A stretch of DNA of 64,000 nt from an uncultured virus (IMG/VR IMGVR_UViG_3300046168_000051) (IMGVR_UViG_3300046168_000051), one strand, 5' to 3'; positions 37,328 through 48,029 are shown, numbered from the stretch's first letter. Made by a program: numbers and translations. Notes: a model not told the origin generated them from the sequence alone.

Positions 37328-38062
37328 ATGGTCGACCCAGTAAGTGCAGGCGTAATCGTAGCTGCGCATGGCTTTTGGAAAGTCCTTGACTGGGCTGGTA
37401 AGTTTGTAACTCACAATGTTGGTGTCTATGGTGCTAGCGAAGCTGGCAAGACTACTATGGACCAACAGCTAATGACAGAAGGTTATGTAGCTCCCTTGGG
37501 AGAGAACGAAAGAACTCACCATAAGAAGAAGTGGCTTTCTAAGCATTATCAAATGCCTCCTACCGAACCTAAGAGAATAAAGTCTGAAGGAATATCCAAG
37601 ACCCTAGTATCAAATGACATAGGCGGCCATACACAATACATGCCTATGTGGATTCAAGACATGTACAAAAGAAGGGTTCAGACATTAGTCATTATCATAG
37701 ACCACCGTCACCTAGTTGACCGAAACAACACCGATAACCAGCTAGCAGTAGGTTACATAGTTGAGTACCTAATTAACCGGAACAAACCTAAGGGAATTGG
37801 GCTATTTGCCCGATTTAGGTCCCGCAACTGGCAACCGAAGAGAATATTAATTCTGGCCAACAAGGCCGACTTATGGCTAGACGAGGATGGCTACTCTCAA
37901 TGGGAGCGCGGCTTAATCTCCGAGCATCAAATTTTCGAGCCATTCAAAGAAAGTCTTCACCAGCTACACAAACTCCACATACCCGTAAAGGTCGATGCTA
38001 TGTCAGCATCGGTTGGCTGGAATGTAGATGATGCACTAATGAGGGGGTTTAACGACTTATGA
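37328..38062 (+). CDS. Ras/Arf-like small GTPase
   Basis: G1 GASEAGKT, G3 DIGG, G4 NKAD, G5 SAS; N-terminal amphipathic/hydrophobic helix. Confidence 0.85.
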   Translation: MVDPVSAGVIVAAHGFWKVLDWAGKFVTHNVGVYGASEAGKTTMDQQLMTEGYVAPLGENERTHHKKKWLSKHYQMPPTEPKRIKSEGISKTLVSNDIGGHTQYMPMWIQDMYKRRVQTLVIIIDHRHLVDRNNTDNQLAVGYIVEYLINRNKPKGIGLFARFRSRNWQPKRILILANKADLWLDEDGYSQWERGLISEHQIFEPFKESLHQLHKLHIPVKVDAMSASVGWNVDDALMRGFNDL

Positions 38063-38823
38063 CGAATGAAAATAGAGAACAACGAATGACAGACTTGATG
38101 AGTGGACTCCCACAAAATCGGGGAGTGGACTGGGATGCAGTTATGCCCGTTATTGAATTTACATTTAGCGCACATGCGGACCCAGTAAAGGCTCGAAAGC
38201 AAAACATCAAGAAAGCGCTGAAAACTCTAAGGCCAGTAAAACGGCTAACTGGATTCTTCGGCTACAAGTTTGCTAGCGAGCCCTTCCGATGCGTAGTTAC
38301 TGGAGTTGATTGTAGGAACATGGACTATGGCGACCTATTCAACCAGTACTTCCGCGACCCAAGCACCATGCAACCAAGGCCTTTCCGCCCATGGACCGGA
38401 GTCGTAGAGGGAAAGGGAAGGCAGCTTAATGGAACATATTGCCCTCAAGCCATGCAGCTATTCCACCTTCTCAAAGAGTGGAGAGAGCAAGAAGAACAAG
38501 AAGATGAACGAGGTTTCTTCAAGGCGATGAAAAAGAAAGGAGTCAAGTTCGTACCGATTAAGAAAGGCCCTAAGAAGGAGGAATCACCTCTTATCGTTAA
38601 GTGGACTCCCGCATTTATAGAGGCTCAAAGAGATGGACTCCCCATTATTCACTACAAGAACCCAATTACAGGGGAGAATGATATCACCATGATAGTATTC
38701 GACAATAGGATGTTAGCAAATACAATGCCACAAAACAGTACTTTAGGCAGTAACATGTCAGTTAGCAAATACTATGAAATGGTTGAAAAAGCTGCACAAG
38801 AAGAATCTAGCCCCCCACAATAG
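38059..38823 (+). CDS. Hypothetical protein in the GTPase operon
   Basis: 254 aa; ATGA overlap with the GTPase. Confidence 0.75.
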   Translation: MTNENREQRMTDLMSGLPQNRGVDWDAVMPVIEFTFSAHADPVKARKQNIKKALKTLRPVKRLTGFFGYKFASEPFRCVVTGVDCRNMDYGDLFNQYFRDPSTMQPRPFRPWTGVVEGKGRQLNGTYCPQAMQLFHLLKEWREQEEQEDERGFFKAMKKKGVKFVPIKKGPKKEESPLIVKWTPAFIEAQRDGLPIIHYKNPITGENDITMIVFDNRMLANTMPQNSTLGSNMSVSKYYEMVEKAAQEESSPPQ

Positions 38824-38863
38824 GACTGAAACATTCAAGTGCGATTACTACTTGCGTTAGTCC

Positions 38864-39595
38864 ATGGGGCTATTCAACAACTCTAATACTGGTGGTTCCC
38901 TTACACCTAATGGAATTGGTGGGGGACCTACTGACGCACAACGACAGCTATTCGCAAATGCGGCACAAGACTCCGGCCTTAGTGCCATGGGTATGGGTAT
39001 GGTTGACCAAATGACAGGTGGCCAAAACATGCAGAACGAAGACCAAGTGAAACTACTTTACCAGCTCATGGCAGCTCACCCCAACCAAGTAGCACTCTTC
39101 TTCCACGACCACCCTTCGTTCCTACCTGAACTAGTCAACATGATTGGTCTAGTAGTTCGCAAAGAATTGTTTGCCATGTTTAACTCAGACATGATTCCAG
39201 CGGTCAAAGTCAACAAAGAACACGCAGACTACAATGGCTTTGCTACAATTACTCAAGAAAATATCGACACTCAGTTAGCCAAGGTTCTTCCTCCACAAGA
39301 GATACAAATGGCAATTCAACAAGGTGACATGCAAGCTATGCAGCTAATGAATGGCCACAACCAACAAATGATGATGGGGCAGCAGCAGCAGCAGCAACAA
39401 ATGATGCAGCAGCAATATCAACAGCAAATGTACCAACAACAGCAAATGCCTCAGCGAGGGATTGGAACGGCTATGGCTGGATTTGGTTCTTCACTAATCC
39501 GAGGCTCTCTAGGTCTGCCTCCAGCACAACAACCAATGGGTCAGCAACCAATGATGGGACAGCAACCCATGCAAGGCTACCCTCGACAGTATTGA
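38864..39595 (+). CDS. Gln/Met/Gly-rich low-complexity protein
   Basis: Poly-Q tract and QQPM repeats. Confidence 0.75.
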   Translation: MGLFNNSNTGGSLTPNGIGGGPTDAQRQLFANAAQDSGLSAMGMGMVDQMTGGQNMQNEDQVKLLYQLMAAHPNQVALFFHDHPSFLPELVNMIGLVVRKELFAMFNSDMIPAVKVNKEHADYNGFATITQENIDTQLAKVLPPQEIQMAIQQGDMQAMQLMNGHNQQMMMGQQQQQQQMMQQQYQQQMYQQQQMPQRGIGTAMAGFGSSLIRGSLGLPPAQQPMGQQPMMGQQPMQGYPRQY

Positions 39596-39606
39596 GGGTG
39601 GGCTGA

Positions 39607-42600
39607 ATGCAGAAGGACTATACAAGAATGCCAAAGCGGGTTTCATCCATCGCTGATGAAATAGAGTCAAAAAGACTTCTGCAAAGCGAGGAAATCAAAA
39701 ATGCCAACATGGCAAGTGCATACTTGCTTTACTACCTTAGCGGTGGTAATGAAAGCGTAGTTGCAAGCCCAAAGGATAAGGTCAGACCTGAAGACCAGGA
39801 CTTAAGAGGCTGGTTTGCCGAGAAGTATGGAGACAAGTACCTTCAAATTCTTACTAGTGACATAGAATGTTCTAAAACCAACCCCAAAAGAGTCAAACAA
39901 ATTATAGGCGACTTCACTGATACGCCGTTTGGGTTTGTTCTTAGAACAGGAGCAGTCAATGAATACCACATAGGAAGAATTGTTACTTATGCTAAAAATG
40001 TAAACCTCGCAAGAGCAGAAGCCAAAAAGTACTCCAAAGAATTGGCAATGCTATGCGCTAAGCTACTCCTAAGTGGCGAGCCACCTAACAACAACATCTT
40101 CTCTATTATGCATTCCTCAATTCGTACTTGGTATCAGGTGCAAGGAATTGAAATCAAACTGACCTTTGAAGAACACATATCAAAAGCATTGGTCACGGGG
40201 ATTAACGAAAGATACAACCATGCTACTTATCTCATTCAAGTCATTACCTCTATCTTCGATATGCTTGCATTTTCCAAACCAGCCGAAAGCTGGGTTACTG
40301 GGCATATCAAAACAGCAATCGAAGAGCTAGATGGAGTAACAGCTAGTAGCTTAGAACAGTACAGCACCAACGCTAGAGAAGCAGACAAGAAGGCCGGGGA
40401 GTTAAACCAACTGATTAACGAAGCAGAAGAAAACGGCTGGAATGTAAAGCCAACTTACACTCAAGAAATCAGGACAATTTGGACTGGGTTGAGTTATCAC
40501 GCCGCGGTGGAAAAGATGCTATGGAAAGCATTTGAAGAAGAGAAAGGTCTTAAAATCGGAGATGAATTACCTAGAAAATTACCGCTCTCCACCAGTGGTT
40601 ATGCGGTATTCAATAGACAGCCGGGAGTAACCACAGATAGCTATTGGGTTGACTACGACCAATGGCAGTCACTAAAAGACCAACGAACTGAGCAGGAAGT
40701 AATAATGCAAGAGAATGCCATGTCCTTACAAAACAGTGAAGCTAATACCAAAACTCTTGCTCAGTGGCATAAGACCCCTGCCATCGTGCTTTACAAGGAA
40801 CTAGGTTCCACTTTCTCCGCAAGAGAAGACGGTTCACACATCAAAGCTGACTGGATTATCTTTGTTTACGAGTCGGTAAAGCAGGGATTGGGTTTAGGCT
40901 ATGTCACCTCCTCCCTCAAACTCAAAAATGTAAATGGAGTTGCTCAATATAGCCCCTATCCTGAGGTACATATTAAGGCCGACCCATATGTGGAATTAGA
41001 CCTAACAGAAGATAAGCCCAAGAAAATACTTGATGGCTTCAACATCTCCCGTAGTATACTGCATTACGCCAAAGCCCTGTCTGGTGTTTCTCCAGCTGCC
41101 TATTGGAGTGCATCTCTTTCTCATCGCATAGTCTTCAGGCCCCGTCAGCCTATGGATGGCCTTCCAGCTCGTACAGAAGTATACCTCTATTCTGCAAATA
41201 TGAAAACCGGAGGCATCGGTAGTGATAATGCTCTAATTAGCATACTCAAAGGAACTACTGAAACTGCTGCTGGCATCATTAGTGGATTACTCCCTGATAT
41301 TCCGGAATACAAACCTGGAACCAATGTACAGCTTTCAGCAGTACTTAACAACTCCTTTTCACTTAAAGTGAGCGAAGACCCCTCACTTCAACAATGGCTT
41401 CGTGCTTCAATGAAAGATAGGTTTCAGTATGCCTATGTCATAAAGAGTGGGTGGGACCCAGTTTACTATGTAGACGGTAGTCCTACTTACAAGCCACCAA
41501 GTCCGTACCTTGGGAATAGTATCGTCACTCATATCGATTGGCTAAACGCTACTGACTATGCAAATCAAAATTTTAAAGGCGTAAAGACTTTGTCGCCCAA
41601 CCTAAACACCCTGAAGTTTTCCACTAATGCAATGCAGCGCCCTGAGTCCTGGCCAACATATTTTGAAGCCAAAGGTGCGCTAAGTGCTACTACAATGACA
41701 TGCGTAGCATACCCTAAGTCTGCAATCAGTAAGATAACAGCTTTCATGGAGGGAGTGCCTGCAAAGATTCAAGAGTTGCTGAACCGGGTAAACAAAAAGG
41801 CGAACAGCCCTAACAGCGACCTATCAGTTTTGTACCAAGATAAAGACTCTAGGTTCTATGGAAAAAAGAGTGAAATAAAAGCCGCCTTCCCCGAATACTG
41901 GACTGCACGACACAAAGGTGACATGGTCGGGGTTTGGAATGAAGACGGCTTCTATTCCGACATGGACTATTTGCGCACCTTCCTACTAAATAGAACAGAA
42001 AGCCTGTTTATTGATGACATTGCTACTGCTACTAGGAAAGCATATTCCGAGCTAAGTAAAAATAAGCCAGACCACAAAAAGAAAGCAGAAGATACAGGAG
42101 TACCTTACGGATATGCTACCCAGCGTCACATTCACTACTTTACCAAAAACTTCGACCCAGCTACTTTTGGAGACACATATGCCGAGTACATGGGACTTCT
42201 AGGCGCTATTGCATACTTCAACTCTTATGAAATGCTCATGGACACCCCCTCACATAGAACTTACGCCGAATGGGTAAAGCCATTCAAAGGAGAGGTTGAC
42301 CGAGTAGTTAGCTCGGTTATTGGAGGTAAGACACCGATAGTAATTTATCAAGACAGCATCAACGATACTGAAGATGTATCAATATTGCACCAAACCCTCA
42401 GCGCGCTAGGTACTTTTGAGGGCATGACCGAAATGCCAGTCTTCGATGTAGTTGACTTCAATATCGTGTGGACACCTCTAGGAAGTCAAGCTAGTTCACC
42501 CACGAGCAAACCCTTCGATAGTAGGGGAATGCTATTGGTGGGAAGCGACGGCTTACAGGCGTCTGCATATAGGGGCTTAAAAAATGGCTATGGGGATGTA

Positions 42601-42972
42601 TTCCACAATACGATAATGAATGCATGTGTGATGCGACCCCGCGTATTCTTCCACACTCCCCCAAGTATGACTTCATCTAGGAACGAACAACCTGGTTACA
42701 TGTATTCCACTCTTAGAGTACCTGTAAATACAAGGGGAATGAGCTCTAAGGTCTACGGTATGCGACCAGGTAGTGCTGCGGCCTTCAATACCGGGGTCAA
42801 TTCTATTCCTGGTCAAATGCGCCTTACTGGCTCAGGTGGATTAACTTACACAGGTCTCGCTGGTATGGCCGGGGTTGTCTTTGCAGGCGCTTTGGGTGTA
42901 GCCATGTTCAAAAATATTGCAAGCGAGACCGCCTTTAGTGATAAGCGCTTCAGGATAGACGACATTGAGTGA
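39607..42972 (+). CDS. Large hypothetical protein with C-terminal membrane anchor
   Basis: 1121 aa; GLAGMAGVVFAGALGVAMF near the C-terminus. Confidence 0.8.
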   Translation: MQKDYTRMPKRVSSIADEIESKRLLQSEEIKNANMASAYLLYYLSGGNESVVASPKDKVRPEDQDLRGWFAEKYGDKYLQILTSDIECSKTNPKRVKQIIGDFTDTPFGFVLRTGAVNEYHIGRIVTYAKNVNLARAEAKKYSKELAMLCAKLLLSGEPPNNNIFSIMHSSIRTWYQVQGIEIKLTFEEHISKALVTGINERYNHATYLIQVITSIFDMLAFSKPAESWVTGHIKTAIEELDGVTASSLEQYSTNAREADKKAGELNQLINEAEENGWNVKPTYTQEIRTIWTGLSYHAAVEKMLWKAFEEEKGLKIGDELPRKLPLSTSGYAVFNRQPGVTTDSYWVDYDQWQSLKDQRTEQEVIMQENAMSLQNSEANTKTLAQWHKTPAIVLYKELGSTFSAREDGSHIKADWIIFVYESVKQGLGLGYVTSSLKLKNVNGVAQYSPYPEVHIKADPYVELDLTEDKPKKILDGFNISRSILHYAKALSGVSPAAYWSASLSHRIVFRPRQPMDGLPARTEVYLYSANMKTGGIGSDNALISILKGTTETAAGIISGLLPDIPEYKPGTNVQLSAVLNNSFSLKVSEDPSLQQWLRASMKDRFQYAYVIKSGWDPVYYVDGSPTYKPPSPYLGNSIVTHIDWLNATDYANQNFKGVKTLSPNLNTLKFSTNAMQRPESWPTYFEAKGALSATTMTCVAYPKSAISKITAFMEGVPAKIQELLNRVNKKANSPNSDLSVLYQDKDSRFYGKKSEIKAAFPEYWTARHKGDMVGVWNEDGFYSDMDYLRTFLLNRTESLFIDDIATATRKAYSELSKNKPDHKKKAEDTGVPYGYATQRHIHYFTKNFDPATFGDTYAEYMGLLGAIAYFNSYEMLMDTPSHRTYAEWVKPFKGEVDRVVSSVIGGKTPIVIYQDSINDTEDVSILHQTLSALGTFEGMTEMPVFDVVDFNIVWTPLGSQASSPTSKPFDSRGMLLVGSDGLQASAYRGLKNGYGDVFHNTIMNACVMRPRVFFHTPPSMTSSRNEQPGYMYSTLRVPVNTRGMSSKVYGMRPGSAAAFNTGVNSIPGQMRLTGSGGLTYTGLAGMAGVVFAGALGVAMFKNIASETAFSDKRFRIDDIE

Positions 42973-43013
42973 AAAAGAAACTACTAAGATGAGTGACCGT
43001 TTGGAGTGATACA

Positions 43014-43253
43014 ATGCTGAATGACAAACACCTGCGAAACAACCCTACCGCGGGTTCAGGCTATATCCTTCCTACCAAGGGTAAGACTACTATGTGGTGG
43101 GTAGGAGCTGGATTAATCTATGCTGGTTTAGGTGCTCCTGGCGGCAAAAGAGTAGTTCGAGAAATTTCGGCAATTATTGACAAACCTCAGTACTTCGCAA
43201 AAATGGCTAGTATCGGAGTTGGCGGATTCTTAGTATTAAGTTCCGCGAGTTGA
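43014..43253 (+). CDS. Small two-TM protein with NP motif
   Basis: GGAGTGA SD + ATG 43014; LRNNPT. Confidence 0.65.
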   Translation: MLNDKHLRNNPTAGSGYILPTKGKTTMWWVGAGLIYAGLGAPGGKRVVREISAIIDKPQYFAKMASIGVGGFLVLSSAS

Positions 43254-43257
43254 TTCA

Positions 43258-43779
43258 ATGAGAAGGGCAAAAGAAGTTAAGGTAATCAACCGATGGAGAG
43301 CAGACGATTTCAATGGAGAAATACCAATAGGCGGAGATGATGAGGAAATGTTAGGGACAGCAATGAAAATGGCAAATGGCGTAGGCCAGCTCCAAGGAAT
43401 TGTTGCAGACTCTATGCCAGTTGTCAAGCCTATGACTTGGTTCGCTTTCTATGGAGTCGGCGGGGCTGTTTTAGGCAACACCGTAGGCGCATATGTCTTA
43501 GATGGCTCAAGCGCCGATGCCGATACAGACTTGAAGAGAATGGCTTTTAGAGGCGGATATCTTCTTGTTAGCGGTGTTGGTAACCTGATTACCAATGGTA
43601 TTCCATCCGGTCTTGGTGAATTAAGCCGTGCGGGTGGCGTAGGAGTTGGTAGTGCTTTACTGGCTGCTCGCAGAACTGCTGGTGGAGATAAGATGCGTAG
43701 CTATATGCTAAGAGGTGCTCTAACAAGCTATGGGATTGCAACAATCTCCTACACAGTAAAGAAAGTTCAGGAGCGATAA
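43258..43779 (+). CDS. Gly-rich multi-TM protein
   Basis: Several GxxxG hydrophobic segments. Confidence 0.7.
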   Translation: MRRAKEVKVINRWRADDFNGEIPIGGDDEEMLGTAMKMANGVGQLQGIVADSMPVVKPMTWFAFYGVGGAVLGNTVGAYVLDGSSADADTDLKRMAFRGGYLLVSGVGNLITNGIPSGLGELSRAGGVGVGSALLAARRTAGGDKMRSYMLRGALTSYGIATISYTVKKVQER

Positions 43780-43781
43780 AC

Positions 43782-44606
43782 ATGGGTGGACACACATATC
43801 TAATGGAAGATTATCGCCCAGCTATTGGTGATACACTTACCTACCCTGTTAGCAGTAATATGCCTAATGTGGAAAGCTGGAACCGAACTTCGTCTGACGA
43901 AGTTGAACCAACAGATAAACTTCTGTGGGCCAATAGCGGCGGGGACTATCAGGCGTATATGAAAGCATTCACCAAAAAGCATGGCAACTTCAAAAGGCCA
44001 TTCAAACAAGCTACCATGATGGTTTCTCCAGTACAGTGGAATACCGGCTATAATGCTGAAGCCGAAGCGGCTCTCAATACTCTTGCGCTAAAGCGAGGCG
44101 AGGCACTCAAGATAACCGATGCGATTGGCATTCTCAACAATACTATCAAGAGGCTTGAAGGCCTACTATATGATGCACAAAACACTCTAGCGACTAAGAG
44201 GAGGCTCCGCAAGAACCGAGCTTACGCTGATTTAGCAAATAGAGAGGCTCCCGAAGAACTGGCTACGCTTGACAGCGATATTCTAGCACTTGAAGGTCTA
44301 GAGCTTGGCTATGGAAGTCAACTAGCAGAACTGAGAAATGATGGTAGGATTTTGAACCAAGAGCTAGATGCATTACTCACTGCTTACAAGACCACGGCAA
44401 ACACCCTAAACATCAATGACAATTTCGAGAAAGAAATGAGAAAGGTACAGGGCGCGGCAGGGTCAAGAGGGCTAATTACTGGCGGAATTACTGGATTCAT
44501 GGGTGCAGCTGCGCTAGTCTTCTTAATTTCACAAGCTCGTCGCTCTCCACAACGAACCCGAAGCACTACTAGAGGCGTTAATGGTTTATTCTTCAGAGCG
44601 CCTTGA
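43782..44606 (+). CDS. Coiled-coil protein with C-terminal TM
   Basis: Heptad-rich middle; GLITGGITGFMGAAALVFLI. Confidence 0.7.
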   Translation: MGGHTYLMEDYRPAIGDTLTYPVSSNMPNVESWNRTSSDEVEPTDKLLWANSGGDYQAYMKAFTKKHGNFKRPFKQATMMVSPVQWNTGYNAEAEAALNTLALKRGEALKITDAIGILNNTIKRLEGLLYDAQNTLATKRRLRKNRAYADLANREAPEELATLDSDILALEGLELGYGSQLAELRNDGRILNQELDALLTAYKTTANTLNINDNFEKEMRKVQGAAGSRGLITGGITGFMGAAALVFLISQARRSPQRTRSTTRGVNGLFFRAP

Positions 44607-45195
44607 AGCGGCTCTCGTGAGTCCTGATGATATTGCGTACCTTTTGGTTTGATAGCCCTACTTTAGTAGCTATCAATGAGATAGGTAGGTCGTTACGAGT
44701 CATAGTGAAAATCTGTTCAACGACTGGCCACTGGTCATTAAAGACTAGGTTTCGGTTATCGTCGTAAGTCATACCAAAGGGCGGGCGTCCACCTTTCTTC
44801 TGCTTCATCCCTACTCTAATAGACTTAGAGCGAAGGCGAGAATGATACTTCGACGAGTCAGCAATTACCTTCAAAGTAGCAACATTAACTTGTTCATAAT
44901 CCATCAGTGCTACCGATATGGGAATTTTCAAAGTATCTAGAATTGACAACTGGTCTGCTAAAACTGCGCCTTTGCCGTGCCACTTCGCTATGTCATGCAA
45001 TATGACACCTGTCAAAGTGTTTGAATGAGCTAAAGCCATCAAATCATCCCAGGATTTCCCTGAACCATATCCTTCGCTAAACAATTTCAACTCTTCAGTC
45101 CAACCAATACTTCGCGCTTTCTCGATGCACATGGGTAGCATTTCCTGAACATCACCAGGGGCATCAAAGGGCTTCCACAAAAATACTGCTTTCAT
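44593..45195 (-). CDS. Degenerate serine-recombinase-like protein
   Basis: FSE-YGSGK, IRVGM---KGGRPPFG, C-terminal HTH; lacks the YxRVS catalytic motif. Confidence 0.6.
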   Translation of the reverse strand: MKAVFLWKPFDAPGDVQEMLPMCIEKARSIGWTEELKLFSEGYGSGKSWDDLMALAHSNTLTGVILHDIAKWHGKGAVLADQLSILDTLKIPISVALMDYEQVNVATLKVIADSSKYHSRLRSKSIRVGMKQKKGGRPPFGMTYDDNRNLVFNDQWPVVEQIFTMTRNDLPISLIATKVGLSNQKVRNIIRTHESRFKAL

Positions 45196-45464
45196 TACAT
45201 ATCACCTATCTGTACTTTCCAAAAGTAAAACCCACCAATGAGGGCGAAAATAATAGCAATAAGCACACCTTCTGTGTGGTCACCCAGCCAAGAATAAAGC
45301 GTGATGTAAGGATAGTCCCAGCCCAACCCCTCAGTCGAACAAACAAATGATGCCAGCCCGCACAAGATAAGAAGACCGAACGAACATGAACGAATCATGT
45401 GTGTGTCCCAGCCAAAGTACGGGTCCCAAAACATTCCTACTTTCCTCCGAAGTGAGCCTGACAT
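45195..45464 (-). CDS. Small two-TM protein
   Basis: Two hydrophobic helices; TAATG coupling downstream. Confidence 0.6.
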   Translation of the reverse strand: MSGSLRRKVGMFWDPYFGWDTHMIRSCSFGLLILCGLASFVCSTEGLGWDYPYITLYSWLGDHTEGVLIAIIFALIGGFYFWKVQIGDM

Positions 45465-46372
45465 TCATCCTTGTAATCGCATAGGTTATCGCACCAACCG
45501 TAGTTGGTTGCCTTTTGGTTTGGCCAAGGCCTGAAGTTCTTGTAATCATTGTGAAGGTCAGTATCACGCACGAAGGCACGAAGGCGATTGATGAAGGCAT
45601 CGTAGTGGAGCTTAGTCCTTACAGTCTTTGCTCGGTAAGGAATCACTGTCTTAACCTCGCGCTTGTCAGCACCGCCAGCAGTGTATAGCTCTTGCTTAGG
45701 AATAATGATGTAGTCAAACTCCGTTGGCTTACCAGTCATATAGCCGTAAGCCGTTGCTTGGAGTTGTGCATTTGCCTTGTGGTCTGACCAGCCCCAACGA
45801 GGGTTAGGGTTAGAGGTTTTGAGGTCTGCTAGCTTAGCCACTGGGCCAGTAACATCAACAACCCAGTCTATGTAGCCACGAACAAATGTTTCGGGTCCGC
45901 CTTCAGGCCCCCAATCAACTTGACGAATAGCATCGACTTCTGTTTCTGTAACAGTACGAGGGTCAAAGCCATCAATAGTACCACCGTCTTTCAAAGAGTC
46001 ATAAAAACCATTGAACCAGTACTTGGCTTCGTTAATGGCTTGTGTCTTTTGACTTTCAGTCATTTCAAAGCCTTTCTTGCTGTACACAATGCCCTTTGCC
46101 TTTTCGACTTGTTCTTCCCATGCCATCTCCGCCATGAGCTCGTAGTATTCCTTGTCGCGCTCGACACCAGCAGATAGGTCATTCAATAGATGCTCGACAC
46201 CAGCGTGTACCGCTGTTCCTTGGGGTAGCCAGACTCTTCCGGGCTTCCTAATCCCCATGACATAGCGAAACCAAAATGCCGCTGTACACTTAGACCAAAG
46301 GTCTAGTTTTGAGGGGCTAATATGATTTTTTTGCCAGCTTTGTCCGTTTGCTCTCTTGAACAAGTCAGACAT
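45437..46372 (-). CDS. PD-(D/E)XK RecB/Cas4-like exonuclease
   Basis: ISPSKL-WSKC, GTAVH, RGYID, DLKT, Q---Y, C-terminal CDNLCDYKDEC. Confidence 0.85.
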   Translation of the reverse strand: MSDLFKRANGQSWQKNHISPSKLDLWSKCTAAFWFRYVMGIRKPGRVWLPQGTAVHAGVEHLLNDLSAGVERDKEYYELMAEMAWEEQVEKAKGIVYSKKGFEMTESQKTQAINEAKYWFNGFYDSLKDGGTIDGFDPRTVTETEVDAIRQVDWGPEGGPETFVRGYIDWVVDVTGPVAKLADLKTSNPNPRWGWSDHKANAQLQATAYGYMTGKPTEFDYIIIPKQELYTAGGADKREVKTVIPYRAKTVRTKLHYDAFINRLRAFVRDTDLHNDYKNFRPWPNQKATNYGWCDNLCDYKDECQAHFGGK

Positions 46373-46583
46373 TTAGCTCACTCACCGCTAGTCGATATCC
46401 AAGTCCGCTCAGGCTTTTGATTTCCTTTGCAAACAAAGCAAGGTCTTTCTTAGTGTTGAATGAAATCGTTGAAATGATTTCATCCTTTGCATCAATGATG
46501 TGTAGTAGCTTCTTCGCCATAATTCTCAACCTTTCCAGGTTCAGGCAGACTATAAAGGTACCCTTTTTATTGGTTTTTCGCAA
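46365..46583 (-). CDS. Hypothetical protein (start uncertain)
   Basis: Fills the gap in a coupled minus-strand operon. Confidence 0.45.
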   Translation of the reverse strand: MRKTNKKGTFIVCLNLERLRIMAKKLLHIIDAKDEIISTISFNTKKDLALFAKEIKSLSGLGYRLAVSELNV

Positions 46584-47040
46584 TCCTATCGACTAAAACG
46601 GTCTTAGTACCTTCCGAGTCAAGGCCCATCATATCGCACAAATCAATTAGCTCGTCTTTCTTCATTCTTCGGAGCTGGTTAACAGTAGTGTAACCTATTT
46701 GAGTTTCAACAGTAGCTTCTTCTTCAAGGGCAATCTCTTTCTCGACTTCTTCGATATGGTCAAGGTCATGGCCATGGTTAGGGTCAATGTTTTTTGGCTC
46801 TTCGGCGTATTCAAATTCCTCAGCTTCTTCGAGAGTTTCCTCAACAGGTGTTTCCTCTTCTGCATAGTCAAAGACAGGCTCTTTCAGCGAGGAAGTCATG
46901 ATAGGGTCGTCAGATGGGAATGCCATCTCCTCAAGGATATCCAGGAGCTTCACATCGAACCACATTTCCCTAATAATGAAAAGGGTAAAGAGCACAACAA
47001 GAGCGAGGTAAAATTCTCCTTGTTCAAGCAAGTTTCTCAC
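46567..47040 (-). CDS. TM + acidic linker + C-terminal SAP/HeH-like domain protein
   Basis: LRRMKKDELIDLCDMMGLDSEGTKTVLVDRI. Confidence 0.7.
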   Translation of the reverse strand: MRNLLEQGEFYLALVVLFTLFIIREMWFDVKLLDILEEMAFPSDDPIMTSSLKEPVFDYAEEETPVEETLEEAEEFEYAEEPKNIDPNHGHDLDHIEEVEKEIALEEEATVETQIGYTTVNQLRRMKKDELIDLCDMMGLDSEGTKTVLVDRIAKNQ

Positions 47041-47209
47041 GCCCCTTTACTTCGTTTTCAATAGCATCCACGAATGTTTCAAGAACACCCCGTTGGATTT
47101 CTCCATTTAGATACTGACGAGTGCGAGTGGCTAAATCTGTCAAGCTGGTTCGGTAGTAGTTGCACCACCAGTCAAGTTGGTTGTTTTCAAATTGCTTCAT
47201 TTTTGTCAT
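47024..47209 (-). CDS. Hypothetical protein
   Basis: TAATG coupling. Confidence 0.55.
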   Translation of the reverse strand: MTKMKQFENNQLDWWCNYYRTSLTDLATRTRQYLNGEIQRGVLETFVDAIENEVKGREKLA

Positions 47210-47418
47210 TAATATCCCTCTATTTCTTTTATTTCTTCTCGTAGCTGTTTGTGTTCCGCTTTCAAGTCTGCAATGATTTCTCGCAAGTCTTCTAGCTTGT
47301 CCCGCTCAGCCAGCAAAGCGGCCTTCCGTCGCCGGTATTCTTCTGTCTTCGCCCCAATTTTAGTTGAGAGACTCCACTCCTTAGTACGGAGTGACGACGC
47401 TGATACCTTCTTTGCCAC
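47209..47418 (-). CDS. Small coiled-coil protein
   Basis: Heptad pattern; GTG start. Confidence 0.55.
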   Translation of the reverse strand: MAKKVSASSLRTKEWSLSTKIGAKTEEYRRRKAALLAERDKLEDLREIIADLKAEHKQLREEIKEIEGY

Positions 47419-48029
47419 AGTTATTCTAGGGTTTCACCCTGAATATTAAGGAAGCGGACATACACAAGGGACTTCTCTTACAACCATATCGCTGTAATCA
47501 GCTTCTTCAAGGTTGCATCCACAGTCTTTGCATTGCTTTAGTTTCTTAGCCATATTACTCACCCGTGTAGTCGGTTAGCTTGGATTGTACTGTAACTACC
47601 TTAAGAGGTGGAAACGCAGGAATGAAGTCATTCAATGTGGTCTGAATAGATTGGGTGTTGGGGCGATTAGATTGCATGGAGTTTGTGCTATCTGCAAACG
47701 GCTTATGAACATTTCCTATTTGCTGCGGTTCTCCCAATCGAACCTTCTCCTCAAGCTCAAACGACTACGGCGCTGCCGTCCCTTTAGTCGCCTTTTAAGT
47801 AACTTCAATCCTTCGTTGCGACACTTTGAGCAGCTAACATATACGCCGTAAGTGTCAGCCTCTCCACCGCAAAATTCGCATGGTTTTCTTCCCATGCTTA
47901 TCCTTAGGCTTCGGGCCGACCTTAATACATCGGTGACATAATCCCCTATTGGGATGAAGGAGAGAGACTTGGGTGGAGCATAGTGGACAAAGGACCATGC
48001 CTTCCGCACGAAGTTTGTCTTAAGAACCA

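Noticed and set aside
45437..46372. CRISPR-associated cas4 locus
   Set aside because: No cas1/cas2 or array; stand-alone RecB/Cas4-like nucleases are common in archaeal viruses
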